Positions 10,752 to 25,700 of a stretch of 64,000 nucleotides of DNA are shown piece after piece (the stretch's first letter is position 1; each line of letters begins with the position of its first letter). The position numbers and the translations under genes are program-made. The stretch is from Amoebophrya sp. A120 (lineage: Eukaryota > Protista > Dinoflagellata). The notes below the pieces were generated by a model. That model did no database searches. It saw only the letters and a program-made list of their open reading frames with translations, and was not told where the DNA came from. The stretch spans positions 7,034,358 through 7,098,357 of the forward strand of contig CAJINV010000004.1 in the NCBI GenBank assembly GCA_905178155.1. The letters run 5' to 3'.

Positions 10752-13700
10752 TTACGATATGCCCGCTCCTGAGCTTGATGCTGATTCTGATCCACCAGCA
10801 TTATCACCGTGAGCAGGGGCACTACTGCCAGCGGCCTCTTGTTGGCCACCACCTCCATCATTTGTTCCTCGCCCGTCATTGAAAAACACGGTCAGGGATC
10901 CATCTGCGTTTTGCCGAAAAGTAGCAGCTGGGGTAGTTGTATCATCCGCAAGAACTGCAAGCACTTCTTGCGGCTCCGCTGATGGCTGCCCACTTGAGCC
11001 CCCATTTTGTGCACCAGCAGCCAAAGCTGAGTCACTCGGTGCTGGTGCAGAAGCAACGTGTTCACCCGATCCTGTGCTATTCATCGTCAACTCGTGCTCC
11101 TCTGCTCCGTCGCCACTCCCAGTTTGCAGCAACTGCGGTGACCAGCCGGAGAGGTCCTGTGAGAGTTGCTCCACCTGACCAGTTATGAACTGCAAAAGTA
11201 TCGTACTCGTATAAATGCATTACAAATTTCCTCAGCATGAGAAATAAAATTTGTAATGCAGATTTACCTTAAAAAGAAGACTTGTAATGCATGATTGCAA
11301 TACGAGTACGATACTTTTGCACAGGATACCAGTTCCACTACTTGTAGTACCTCCACCCATCTCGTTCTGGCGCCGGAGCCATTCGGTTGTGCCGTCCGAG
11401 ATGTATTGCTGTTGCGGTGCTGGTGGTGCGGGGCTTGGGCCTGGCGATGGCGGTGGCTCGTCGCTGAAGTAGGGCATGTTATCGGGAAACGCGCCTTCTT
11501 GCTCACCATCTTCCTGTCGCACTTGTCCTCGTCGCGTACTTTGAATGCCTGCAGGATCACCGGTACCTCTGCTGCTGCTGTCCTCCGTGTTGGCATGCGG
11601 TAGAAGTGCCCTGCTCTGGCTTCCATCTTGCGGTTGCGGTGGTATGAAGGCATTTAGAAGACCTCCCCCTCGTCCCGGTTCTGCAGCTGGCGGGGCGAGG
11701 CCAAGAGCGGTATTCCGAAAGATGGAGGTTATGTCTCGTGATGATGATGAATTACGGCCTGGAACATCAAGTCCTCTTCCTCCTGCAAAGCGATCTCGTC
11801 TATCAGACGGATCCAGATCGTCCACATCATGCTGATTTCCTAGCCTTTCCTCGAAGTGGTTCCGTAAGTCGTCCACTTTCCTTCTTCGCTCGATATCCAC
11901 TATCATTAAGGTTGAGTCCACAAAGTCAATTTCTCCAAAGGCAAGATCTCTTGTGGTCACCAATTTCTCCATATGGATTGCAAAAGTGTCTGGGTCTGGA
12001 AGAATGGAAGGTCTGTCATGCTCTGCTAGCATGACTCCAAAGTCTGTCATGCTCGTTACCCAAAAGCCCCACCTTTCTGTCATGCCGAAACACGGTTTGT
12101 CATGCAGAATACGCAACACCTAGCAAGTCAGAAACTTGTCATGCTGAGCCATCACTTGTGGCGTCCTCAGGATTCGCCAAACAGCATCGCAAGTTTCCAG
12201 ACCCAGACATTTTTGCATTTGATAGTCCAGTACCGCTACCCAATCGATGTCGAGAACGGAAGTTGTGTCGCGGTCTTCAGCTCTTCCTTGGGTGGTGGAA
12301 GGATAGTTGCTCTTGATGTCGATCATCCGCTCCTGCCGTTCTCGCATGGCGTCCCTGAAATCCTGCAGTTCCATCATGTAAACCAATTCCGCGAGGAACT
12401 GGTACCCGTTTAGCGCGCGCTTGAACCGATATCCACAGGAAATTTCCCGCACACGTACAAATGCTGCTTCTCCATAACAAAACTTACTTGCCTTCAATCC
12501 TAGTCTAGCATGACAAGTTGGACACTGCAAGGTAGACCGAAGTTTGTCATGCATTTTGTGCATGTAGTACGGGAAACGATGAAAATCTGTACTGCATAAC
12601 CGCAAGTGCCGCTTCACAAACTCAGGCAGGTGCTCCTCCAGCCTTCTGTCTTCGAGATGCACGCAGCCCGCATGGATCAACATGTGCAGGCCCAGGCCGA
12701 AGGGCGAGGCGATCACGTTGCTATTTTCTCTTTCCGGTGGTGGGCCCCGAAGTCGCTGGCGCAGCTTCGTCGCCTCGTCGAATGCAATGGAAGCCTGATA
12801 ATTACTCTCGATATTTCTTGTGCGGCGACTATCATCCCTTAATATCGTTTCTGCCTGCAGCACCTGCTGCAGGACCTGCACTTCCGTTACCAGCCACAAT
12901 CGCAACGCGTCTCGCTTCCTTACCAGCCACTGTTTCTGCTTTTGCAACGTCCGAGTTCGCCCCTTTCTACTTTTGAAAGAGTTTCTACCGTGCGGCGCGG
13001 ACGCGGAGGAAGGTGGTCGTTTTGCGAAGATGTTGATGTTGCTGCCGTCTTTAGTTCGTGATCTTTTTGAAGATGCAGTTGTCGTAGATTTTGATTTTTT
13101 GTCTCTACTACTACTACTCGAGTTGTAGATAACTTCCGCTGGTGGCGTAGCGAACGGTGTTTTCCAAGGATCGGTCAACGAATCAACTTCTTCGAAAATT
13201 CCCTTCAGCTGCGTTTCTTCCATTTTGAAAATCCGCCGGGTCTCTTCTTCCGGAATGTCAAACAGATTGCGGCTCGAGAGCAGGCGGTTGACGGTACTAC
13301 TACCAGTCGTGAAGATGTCCTCCAACCCATGATCCTCTACCTCTTCGTCACTATCTTCTTCCTTCCCCAGTAGCTGCTGCCAGGCGTATTGCTGCCGTTT
13401 CTGGAGAAGCTGTCGCTTTCTTTCCTCTTCGGGGATTTGGTGGAGTTCTTCAAAACGCACTGACGGTGACTTCTTCATCCCTGTAGTTGCGCTGGAAGAT
13501 GAAGGATTCGAACCTCCTCCTTCTGCACCCTGATTCGGCATGTTGAGCTGCTCTGTGGACGCTGAAAATGATGGATCGTTGTCTTTGTCAGACGGAGTAT
13601 TGTACAAGATGTTGTAGTCCTTGCGCAATTCAACTTCGTATTTCCACAGTTCCGCTGCGATATCCAACACGCCCTTCCATCCCGGATCGGCGCCCCGGCC

Positions 13701-16700
13701 GTCGTTTTCGAATAGCTCACTGTTGCACAGCGCGTCGAGGCCTCTGTAGGGCGCCAGAGGCCCCATTCTGCTCGTGCTCGTCATCTCGTCCACAGGGTTG
13801 TGCGTAGCCGTGTTCGTCATCCTTCGATTTCTCACCACATTTTCCTCGTCTTGCTGTCTGGTCGGCGGCCAGGTTGGAAACGGATCAACGGGTCCAGGCG
13901 GTCGGAGACTTCTAGTCTGAGGCCGTTGCTCTTGCTGTATTTGAGCATTTGGCTTCGGCGTACTAGCCGGGATGAAATTGGCTGCCAGCTTTCCACCGGG
14001 CAGCGCCGCCGCTTTAGATGTCGGGGGGACAAAAGGAAAAGGAACGGTTTGTGCTGCCTGTTCAGGATTTGCAGCTCCTTGCAGACCATCTGCTTCCTGT
14101 GCACCCCGGGCGGCCTCTTCTTGCGCCGCGGCACGACTTGCAGCCGCCGCCGCGAGACTCGCGAAGCTCAGCGCTGGTGCTGTGGGCGCACTTTCCACTT
14201 GTTCTCCAGGGCTCGTCTTACCTGCAGGCTTGGGCTGCACCGCCGGCCACTTGGGCGTCGGCGTGGGTGGTCGAGGCGTTGGTTGGACAACTGCCGTGTG
14301 AAATCCTAGTGGTGCCAGCGGGCCAAGTTGGAATGGCGCTTGTTCCTGCAACACGACACTAGCAGAACTGCTACTACTGCCGCCTCGGGTAGGTGCACTT
14401 GCGCCATGAAAATGGTCCCCGCCAAAAACAGAACTCGTGTGGTCCCCACGACCCCTCCAGCCTCGGGGTAGGTCTTGCGACAACACCTGCCGCGGCCCAG
14501 GGGCGCCGTGGTGTGCGGGGCTGTTGGGCTCTTCGCTCCGTCGAGAAGCTGCAAACGAGGCAGGCAACCGGCGACGAGAGCGCGACGCCGGAGACCCAGA
14601 TCGCGAGGATGGAAAGATACTTGCCGCACTCGCACGCGCTTCCTCCTCCTCCGTGGTGTCAGCATTGCGACGCCCTCTAAATTCTTCTTCAGTGTTGTTA
14701 CCGTCTGGGCCGCGGGGCGTCGCTCTTGCAGCCGGTTCGTCGCCATCACTCGTAGTACCTCTTGTTCGCCGTGAATGATGTAGTTCATCGTGCCTACCAT
14801 CATTTTCAATAATTTCGCCACCACGAGATGGCACACGCAAAATCGGCTCGCTCGCGCTTCTGCGCATAATTCTCCTGCCGGAGCGACCTCTGGGTCCGGT
14901 AGGTGGATGAAGTAATGCTTCTTCCTCCTCTTCTTCCTCACTCACAGCGCTGCTCAGATCTAGCCTCGGCAGCATCGACTTCAACCTCGTCCCTAAGAAC
15001 CCTTCTTCATTTCCAGCACCGTGTCCGTGTGGCGGGAGCACAACATCCCGAATCATGGTCGACGTGTCTGTCCGCTTCTCGAAGGGCCAATCTTGCTATG
15101 ACAGTGCACAACTCCCCCTCCCCTCATTTGTGTAGCATGAACAGCAACACAAGTGCGGGCAAAGATGCAGCTTTTGCATGACAAATTACTAGAGGACTGT
15201 AGTGCTGTTTTGGATTCCGGAATTTGTCATGCAAACAGTGACACAAGGCAGCGACTGGGTTTGGGATTTTGCATGACAGATAAGGCGGGGGGGGAGCTGT
15301 GCACATTCATACTTGCTCGAGTCTCTCCGACACGACCAACTGCGCTTGATACCCCGTCCGGAGCTGCACCACCATGTCCTTATCCTGAGTAAAACCGTAC
15401 CCACGCCAGAGTTGTAATGCAGATTTGCAAAGACAGGAAGACTTGTAATGCGCATCCCCATGAGAGCCATTTCCAATCGTGTTTTGGAATTTGTGATGCT
15501 GTGAACAGGATGAGCAGATGAATCTGTGATGCGACTGCACTTGCTAACCTGCACTACACTTCATAGTGCAACTTGTCATGCGTGACTCACAAAACTCCTA
15601 GGTTTGTGTTGCAAAATCCTCATCCTGACTCTTGTGTGGGCACGTTTTTACTCAGGATAGTCCTTTCGCAGGAACCAACAGGTCCACCGTGGTTTCAAAA
15701 GCACCTCCGCTGCCTCGGACGTCCACCTTTCGGAAGTTCCCGCGGTCGGTTGTTTCCCCAAAAACGCAATCAAGTGCAAATGTGTCTGGGTCTGCAAGAT
15801 TCCGAGACTTGTCATGCAGATTTTCCATGATCCATGTCGTCTGGAATGCAGGACCTGGTATGACAGATTCCGCGAGATCCCTATGATCATGCCTATCCTG
15901 CATGAGAAACTTGTTCCTTACAACCTGGTCAAAAGTGGACAACTTTTCTTCGCATTCATGCAACACAGATTTTTGGTTTGCACGATCCAGAATTAGCATT
16001 ACAAGTTGCATCCTTCCAGACCCAGACATTTTTGCTATGCATAAACGCAATCTGCGATGTTTTCTCCTTCCAAACTGCGATCTGCTTGTCGTCCTCGAGT
16101 TTGATGTAGTTGAGAACAAACGCCTATCAAGTGCAAAAGTGTCTGGGTCTGGAAGAGTGTAGACTTGTCATGCAGATTTTCCATGACCCATGAGGTCTGG
16201 AGTGCGGGACTTAGCATGACAGACTCTGCGAGGTCTCTGCCATGCCTATTCTGCACAAGAAACTCCGTTCCAACTTGGTCAAAAGTGGACAGCTTTTGGC
16301 ACTGACGCAGCACAGATTTTTGCATGCTTCAGATTTACCAATGACAAGTTGCAATCTTCCAGACCCAGACATTTTTGCAATTCATAAAGCCAGCACCTTC
16401 AACCGCTTCAACCCAATGACAAACTCCCGCATTTTCGTGGAGTCCGAAACCTTGCTGGTAATTTCCATCGGCTTGCGCTTCTTCAACGCCGATTTACTGC
16501 TGACCACGTATCCTGTGCAAAAGTAGCGCACTCGTATTGCAATCATGCATTACAAATCTTTATCTTAAGGCAAATCCGCATTACAAATTTTATCTCTCAT
16601 GCTGAGGAAATTTGTAATGCATTTATACGAGTACGATACTTTTGCACAGGATACCACGCGCGCCGGAACGATTTGTGGTGCCTGGATTCTTGTGGTTCTA

Positions 16701-19700
16701 CTTGCTGGCGGGGGTGATGTTGTTGCTGTAGCTGTGGTAAGATTGGGAGGGATCGTTGGATCTACAGGTGGGACGACATCTTCCACGAGGCCCGTTGAAT
16801 ATGCCGCACCGTTGGTCGACATGTAGGACGAGACAGGGTCGTTTGAAGATGTTGACCCGGTAATTGTATTCTCTGAGACCACAGGACCTCCTCCTGCAGA
16901 GGACGAAGAACTACTGCCTCCAGTCTGCACGACTCCTGGTGCTACAGGGACAACATCTATCGGGTTGATGCCCGGTGGGGGAATCGCAAAAGAAGATGCG
17001 CCAACAGCTGGAGCGGCCTCGCGGGGGCCCGCGACGACTCTGTTAATCGTAGTGCTGGAAAATGAATTATGCAATTCCGGTCGGGCCGGAACCCGGTTAT
17101 TTCCGCCATTTGTTGATGTTCCCGGGGGTGTGGACGGCGCGGGCGAACTGGTGGAGGACGAGGGAATGTAGTAGTCTATCCACAAAAAAAACCCAGGCCC
17201 ATCCACTTTGTCATGCAAAAGTTGCATCAATTCCAGTGTTTGTCATGCAAAACATGGATGGGAATGAGTGTTTTTTCCTGGATATCCTCAGGGATGTTCG
17301 GATTGTTGATGTTGTTCACGACCCGCGGCGCATCAGCCTGCGCCACTGTTGCTGATCCACCTGTAGGTGGTGCAACTTCTTCGCTAGTGGACATGAAGTT
17401 CGCCGTTGTACTACTAGCAACCAGCCCGCCCTGTGCACCAGTGGCGGGGGTCTGCGCGTCAAGAAGTACTACAGGGGAGCCAACAACTTGCAGTGGGTCC
17501 CAAAGCTGCTGCTGCTGCTGCTGTTCCTGTGGAAGACCTTGTTGCGGTGGTACTCCTACCGGTAGTTCTTGATCATTTTCAAGCGGAGTTCCAGTTACGG
17601 CTGCGTCCTGCCCTTCCTCCACGTCCAGCTGAAACTCTTCCATGTCGGAGATCTCCGGATTTGCCACGGCGCTCCAATCGAATTGTTGAGCTTGACCAGC
17701 AACACCTCCTACTGGCGGAAAGGGTGGCGACTCGGCTACAGGTGCGGTGTGGGCGCCGGGGGCCAAAGGATCTTCTTCCTGGTCCTCGTCAACTTCTCGT
17801 GGAGGTGTCAACGGCGCAAGAACAAAAGGTGTTATCGGGGCAGCTGCTGCACCAGCGGAGGTGGGGAACAGGGTGCTGAGATCGAGTTGTGAAGAGGACT
17901 CGTCATGGTTTACTCCTTCTTGCGCCGGGGGAGAGATTGGGTCGTTGATGTCTGTTATGAACTCCTCGTCGGTGGGCGATGAAACAAGTGGCACAGCAGC
18001 GGATGTTGCTTGTGGCTGCTGTAGCTGCTCGTCGGGAAGTTGTGGAGTAGGAAGATGATCATGATCTGCAGCAGCGGCATAATCACCCTGATCATCCTCT
18101 ACATGCTGCTCCGGCTGTGGGGGAAGCAACGCGGCCTCGAAGATCGCGGTCGGCCTGCTTGACGTACTCGTGGTACTGGTGGAAATAAGCTCGTCCTGCC
18201 CATCTGCTCGCGGTCTACGTCCGGGTGCAGGTGGCGGATCTGCTCGCGGAGCCGGGGGAATTGGGATTAAGAAGTGAGGACTCTCAACAACAGCAGGTGC
18301 GCCAGCTGATGTTGCCCCAATTGTCATTCCTGTCGTTCCAGATGAAGATGAAGATCCGGAGCCTGCTTGAGTTTGTCCAGGCTCCAACATAGCGCTCGCG
18401 TTTTGACGCCGGATGGGTGGAGTAGGAGGTCCAAGTCCATCCGCCCTTCTTCTTGTCGAGAAGGCCGCTCCTTCTTCCCCATCTTCCATCGACGCGGCTT
18501 CTTGTTCTAGCTGGGGACCTAAGTTCCTCACGACATTCATTTCTTCATCTGTTAGTCGCATAGTTTGCGCTTGTTGGTTCGCGGTCGCCAGTGCTAAGGG
18601 GGATAGTTGCTGTTGGTCGTCTAGTATTGGTGTTCCAGCATCAGTCGTCGTCCCTGCAGCTGTTTGTTCTATTGGTCTTGGTGTTGTGCCATTACCAATA
18701 GGTTGTCCCGAGGATTCCTGCTCTGCATTCACTTGCTCCGCCAACCGTTGGGCCCGGTTACGCGCGCGCACGGTTGGAGGAATGGTGGAGGACGAAGATG
18801 ACATTACCGGAACGGGTGGGGGTGCAGTGGAGGCCGCGGACGGGACAACGAGACCGCTCGGCGGCCCCATGGCGGTGATCACTGTCAAATCCTCGGGACG
18901 CAGCGCGTCGTTCTCAAAGACGTGCTGCGCCAGGTGCTGCAAGTGCGCCTGCCCGCCCTGCTGCTGGACCAACTGCGTGATCCGGCGGAGGGGTTGGTCT
19001 TTCGGCTGCGGCCGGTTGCGGCTGTTCCGAGGTTCGGCACTCGTTGTTTTTGTGTAGTACAGCGATTTCCGTCGGTGCCAGTCGGTCAGGACCTTTTTCC
19101 GATATGCAATGCAAAAGTATCGTACTCGTATAAATGCATGACAAATTAGTCCAGCATTACAAATTAAGTTTGTACATGCTGAATTACCTTGACAAAGAAA
19201 TTTGTAATGCATAAACGCAATTCCTAGTCCTACGAGTACGACACTTTTGCACAGCATATCCGATTCCCCAGCGCCATCCGGGCGACGATGTGCAGCAAAT
19301 TCTCCGTGCGGTCCGCCGCGGACCGGTGCAGGAGAAATTGCGTCTTGTAGTGAACCAGCGGCCGGGTGGAAACGTCTTCATTTCTATCTTTCACCCCAAG
19401 CAGCTTCGACCGCTTCAGGGCCATCTGCTTGTGCTTCCGGCGAGGTTTGCCGTTCGTATTAGAACCCTCTTGGTCCTCGTCGTGTTCTTCCTGCCCGGTG
19501 AGAAATGCGCTGCCGTCGAAGTACTTGATCTCAAATTGCCGGTCTAGCGAAGTAGTAGATGTACTGTTATCAGGGTGGTGAGCATCTTCTTCACCTTCTT
19601 GGTTGCCGCTACCACTAAGCCGTGTGTTGTGGGTGAACAGCGGGGTGTTGGGTTCATTTGGGGACTCGGACAACATCAAAGGTACCCAGCGGCCGATCGG

Positions 19701-22700
19701 GGAGGTAGTAGTAGTCCTCGTAATTGATGTACTACTAGAAGGGGCTGCTCCTGAAGAAACTACGCCGGGCTGCACTGCAGCAGTAGGTCCAGCAGGGAGT
19801 AGACCTTCAGCTCCACTTGTGCTTGTGCGTGCGACTCTATCAGCAGCATTATTCCTTGCCCCAACTCTCTCCTCGTTGTTTTTCCTGTCCCACACACTCG
19901 GGTCGTATTTCGCGTCCCAAACCAAGACTCTCTCCCCGGGCTTGCGCTATGCATTGCAAAAGCATCGTACTCGTATGAATGCATTACAAGTTTCCTCAGC
20001 GTGATAAATAAAATTTGTGATGCTGGTTTCCCTTAAAAAAAAGATTTGTAACGCATGATTGCAACACGAATACGATTACTTTTGCACTGGATATGCGCAG
20101 TCCGTCGACAAGGTCGGTTTTCGTCAATAATTTCGCCAAGTAACGAAACGAATTATCGTTTCCGTCAAACGTATGGAAGTGTCAGGATCGAAATCGTCAG
20201 AGTTGAAATAATTTGTGATGCAAACAATCGATGCCAGTTAGCCCTACAGTTTGTAGTTGGCGCATGACAAAGTTTCCCCGTGGTCCTGGAAGCGAGTCTG
20301 TCATGCGGTTTAGGGCAAAAGAGCTGCCTTCTGTCATGCTAGTCAGAGGTCCACCTTTTGACGCTTACTAGGACTATAATCTGCCTCCCGTGCGTCCTCT
20401 GCAATAGACTCACTTTTTGCGTCGCATTTTATGCATGACAAATCATTTCAACTTTGACGATTTCAATCCTGACACTCCCATAAAACGCCGCCAATTCCAT
20501 GGCCGCCTGCAGCGGGCGCTCGAACTTCCTTGCCGCGTGGTATCGCAAGGAAAAATGACCGCTCCGAACTTGGGAGCATTTGTATTGCAAACCTTTCCAA
20601 AAGAAACACTCGCCCTCTTGCATCTAACAGCATCACAGATTTCCGATCGTGAATAGCAAAAATCTGTATTGCAAAAGATCCCAGCAAGAGCGGCGCTTGT
20701 TATGCAAGCGATGCTATATACGCCTAGACTCTGCATCAGAAAGATTCATACTCCTTTCATGCATGACAAAAACTTTTCATTTGGAAACTTCGCATCACAA
20801 ATTATTGCAACTTTGGGGGTGGGGGCACTTTTCCTTGTAGTACGTGGGGGTTCCGGTTCTCCGCGTCGTCGGCGGGGGTGCGGTCTTTTTGCTGTTTGTG
20901 CAACGACAGCGTGTATTGCAGGTCGGGGATCCTGGCGTTGTTTAACTTAAAATCCTCGCCGCCCTGGCCGAATTGAAACACCTCTTTCAACACTTGCCCC
21001 ATCGAATTCATAATGGCGTAGTCGTAGAAGAAGTCCGGGGAGAAGTCTAGGATGTCAGTGATATGGGAGTGTCAGGATTGAAATCGTCAAAGTGAAAGTT
21101 AAAATAGTTTGTCATGCATAAAATGCAAGGCATGAAGTGGCTGTCTTGCCGGGATGGCAAGTGAGGCCAATTGTGAGCCTGTTTAGGGGCTGAAATAGAG
21201 CTGCTAAAGTAGCATGACAAAAGTAGTCTTCTGTTCCCAAACAGCATGACAAGTCGGATTTTGGTGCTTGGAAAATTTGTCATGCGCCGCTTGATAAGTG
21301 GGCTTCCGACTGGTATCGGTTTTATGCATGGCAAATCCTTTCAACTTTCTCCATTTCAAACCTGACGCTTTCATAGGTGACCGCTTTTCGGTAATTCCCC
21401 TTTTATCCAGTGCAAAAACGTCGCCACCCCATAGTCAAGATGGGAATCTAGCAACACAAATCCAGAAGCTTTGGGAGTTAAGCATGACAAGTTCCTCATT
21501 GTATTGTAGTGCAGTTTAGCAAGTACAGCCGCAACACAAATCCACCTAGTCATCCTGTTTATAGCATTACAAAGTCCGACACATGACTGGAAATGCCTCT
21601 CATGGGGATGCACATTACAAATCTTCCTGTGACTGCCAATCTGCATGACAACTATGGGGTGGAGACGTTTTTACACGGGATACCTTTCTCAGCTTTTTCT
21701 TCTCCTCGTTCGGCTTCAAAACGTTGTCTTGATAGTAGTCCAGAATCGTGTCACACAACTCCGTTTGCTTGTGCAGAAGAAAACCGTGCCAGACCGTGGG
21801 CAAGGCCGAGTGCGCGTCCACGTTCAGGCCTAAAATGTTTTGGCTCGAATATTCCGTCAGGCGATTAAACCGTCTTTCCGGCACTGCGAAGTCGGTGAAG
21901 CGCTCCGCAAGCTCAAACTTGAACAAACCAAGCAGGGCGCGCTCGTTCGGGAGGGTTTTCTTGGTCGGGTCGTGGATATTTGATATTTTCTCTGTTTGTG
22001 TTTCTGCTCTGGATGCTGGTGGAGTTTGCTTCTCTTGCTCCCCGTGCTTCTGCTGCGTCCTCGATTCTACTGGTTTCATATTCGCCGCTGGGCTGAAAAG
22101 TAATTCTCCCGCTGTTGACGACGCTCCTTCTGCTCGCTTGGCATTGGCTGCTGGGGCAGTAGCTGCAGAACCTGAAGAACCTGCATTATCACTTCTGGAT
22201 GTTGGTTCTTCCCACCTCGTGGTCAACATCTCCGTGGCTGCGATTGCGTTGGCTTTCCACGCTCTCAAATACTTCTTCAGCTCCTGCTGTTCATCTGCAG
22301 TGCCAGGACCTGCTGCTGTTCTTGAGCCAGGTCGTGTTATTAGCCGCGCGTTGGGGAGCTGACAGCCCGGCGCGTCCGGCGTGAACGCGTTAAGAAAAAC
22401 TGAACGCCAGTACTGGTGCGTGTGGGTGATGAACTTCTTGTTCCTTTTGCCGCTTCTCTCATCGTTCTTCTTTTTGCCTCTGCTGTTAACATAAGTCCGG
22501 CTCACCACTCCCTGCAAGATCGCGAGTCTTTCCTCCTTCTTCAAGCGTTCCCTTCCCGCTTCCGCCAGCAGCTCTAGCTCGTTTATCGTACGAAAAAATT
22601 GTTTCACTGTAAGGATTTCGCAAGTTTTGCATCACAAGTTTGTTCTACATGATAGAGAAGATTTACCATGCGAGGGGCCTAAGGGAAAACGCAGCGAAAA

Positions 22701-25700
22701 ATCCTCTGTATTGCATGTGTAGTAACACAAACACTTCTCCGATGCATTTTCTGCATCACAAATGTACAGTGAAACAGTTTCTTCTGGGGATATCGTTGTA
22801 AGTGAAGTGAAAGCAGGATTTTTTCGAGGTTTTGGCATTGGGGTTCAGGCCCGGGAATAGCAGGTTTTTTTCCTGAATCTCCTGCTTCCACAGCATTTCC
22901 ACAATTTGCCAAATGTTAGAAACAAGAACTAAGCTCGCTTGTTTCGGCGGTTTCTGTGGGGTGGGACTGGGATCGAAGAGAGATGATCCTCCTGCAGCGG
23001 GCGGTATTTGGGCGGAAAATAGACCCGGATTGTTCTTTGTTCCAGAGGGCAAAGGCGGGACCCGCCCCTCGCCGCCGCTGCGTAGCGAGCCCGACCCCGA
23101 CGTAGTAGTTCGAACAGGAACTACCGGTTTGCTGCCAACTCTCGTAGGTTCCAATCCGAGAGCGGAAAAAAGTTGGCCCGCGGATGCGGCAGATTGCGCC
23201 GAAAAGGATGGATCGAATATAGGTCGGGCTTTGGAGGTCGTGGTACTTCTGGTTCTGCTGGACGATAGTCTTTCTTCTGGTCGTGGTTGTCCCTGTCCCT
23301 GCTCGGAAGAAGCAGCAGCGTGATCAAGAACAACATCTCCATCTCCCGCCCGGGAAGATGCACCTGACCCTGTCTCCTTCCCAGCAGCTGAACAACTACT
23401 AGTACTTCTAAACGCCAGCTCGTTCATCGCATGTCTCACCCTCTTCGGCCTCCAATTCAGCCGGCGTTTGTCGCCTTTCACGTACTCGAACACCAACACT
23501 TTGTTCGTAGTCCCCTGTTGGTGCATCATGGCTCTTTTTGGATGATGACCTTTTTTTGTAAAGCTGTCCGCACTATGAAGAGCGCCCGCATTCGGGTAGT
23601 AGTCCACTTCCTCGTCAGGTTGTTCAGCATGTCTCTTCTTGTCCTCGTCCGTCCTTTTTTCGCGGTCCACCTTTTCTTGAACCATCGCTGATAGTTCCAC
23701 ATTTTTCCACTCCAAATCGAATTGCAACACTTCGTCGGCCAAAAACGCCCAATTCAGCTGGAATTTCCGGTTTTGCTCAAAAACACGAACGTACCGCAAA
23801 TACGTCTCTACCATCTTCGCGAACTCCACGTACGTCCGGGAAACCACCTCCCCATTCCACACCAGTTCGCGCCGCTCGGTCGGCGCCACGCTGTAGGGGA
23901 ATTTCGCTAGCAAATTCGTGGGGTACAGGACGAAACTGGTGTGCAAGACGGAGTGACCGTGGTAAGAAGAGCCCTTCTCAATCTGGACCGAATTGTACAT
24001 GGATCCCACGTATGAACATGGAGCGAAAATTGTTTTTTTTCCGAGTTTGTCATTGTTATGCTTGTCCTTGTATTGTTCCGATGCCAATCTGTCTATCTGC
24101 TATGCACATTTTGAATTCATAGATACAGATACACCAAGGCATACTCATACAGCATCAAACCCGCCTAAAAATTCCTCCCACTCCACGTTTCATACCAGCA
24201 AGGGGATCATGGCATTCGGCTTCAAGTGCACATTCGGTTCCATGTTCCAGCTGGCCAGCGACGTCCGGGCCAACCTCCCGGTCTGCAGCAACACCTTCAG
24301 CACCGAACTGTATCAAATGCAAAAATGTCTGGGTCTGGAAGAACGCATGTTTGTCATGCTTGTCTGGCATGAGTCTTAAATCTGTCATGCAAGTTACCCA
24401 AAAGCTCCATTTTTCTGTGATGCAGAAACGCAGTCTGTCATGCAGAATAGGCAACACCTAGAAGCTCAGAAACTTGTGATGCTGAGCCGGCATTTCTGGC
24501 CTCATCATGAGACGCCACCCAGCATCACAAGTTTCCAGACCCAGACATTTTTACATTTGATAAACTGTCGCCCATCGCAACCGAGGCGTGAATCCGCGCG
24601 CCGTGCACCGGGTAGTTATCGGCGAGGAAATGCCTTCTTTTCGTATGAAAGAGCACAACTCCCCCTCCCCCTTACTTGTATTGTTATTGTATGAACAGCA
24701 TTACAAGCGCCAGCAAGAATACCGGTTGTGCATGACAAATTCGGACAGGAGCGTAGCCGTAGCGCTATTTGGGCTGCCAGAACTTGTCATGCAAACAGTG
24801 CCAAGAGCCAAGCTGTCAATTAGGTATCTTGCATGACAAATGAGGGGGAGGGGGAGTTGTGCACAATCATATTTCGCGAATAAGGCGTCGAAGAAATTCT
24901 GTCGTCGAAAAAGCTGCTGCACACCGACTGGTTTTATATTCGTCGGGAAGACGAAGCTCGAGGAGTGCTGGGAAAGCATTTTTCTTTCTGCCGCGGTTAA
25001 GAAAGAATTTCTTGAAACAATCGTTTCTTTCAGCAGGTCTGCGATCGGCTTGATCCCTTGGTAGTCCACCTCCCCGTGATTGTATTCGAGAAGCTTGAGT
25101 TCTTTTGGCAACGCCCTCAGCTGGGACGAGTTGTCGTTTGTTTTCTGATTCTGCTGCTGCCAAAACGCGTCTAGATTTTGCATCACTCTCTGCAAAACGG
25201 GGGGCAGTTTGTGATTCAGCATGTCGGTGAAGTGGTTCAGGATTTTCACAAATGTAGTTCTTGACGTTGTGTCTCCCGAAGTACTTGCACTGTCCGCAGC
25301 GGTACTCGAACTTGTTCCAGCAAAAATCACCGGCTTCATCTGCACCGGCTTTTCATCCGAAATCACTTTTTCGTATAAAACCTCCAAAAGCCTGTCGCTG
25401 TACTGCGCCAGAGTATCTGTCGTCACGTACTGGTTGAAAAAGAGGTCGCTGCCGCTCGCGTGCCTCTGCTTGAAGTGGCGAACTTTCATATTTGCGGGCA
25501 CAGATGAGGGAATAGGCAGCAAGTGCAAGGAACCTTTACCTTCTTCTTCTTGTCCGACGTCGTGATCGGTGTGTTTCCCGCCCTTCAGAGCAGATGCGAT
25601 CGGAATTGGAACGGACGTCAAAGACACGGATGTTCTTCCCGCCGTAGTTCTTTGTTCGCAACTACTTGTACGACCAAATAAACCAGCAGGCTTTGCGTTT

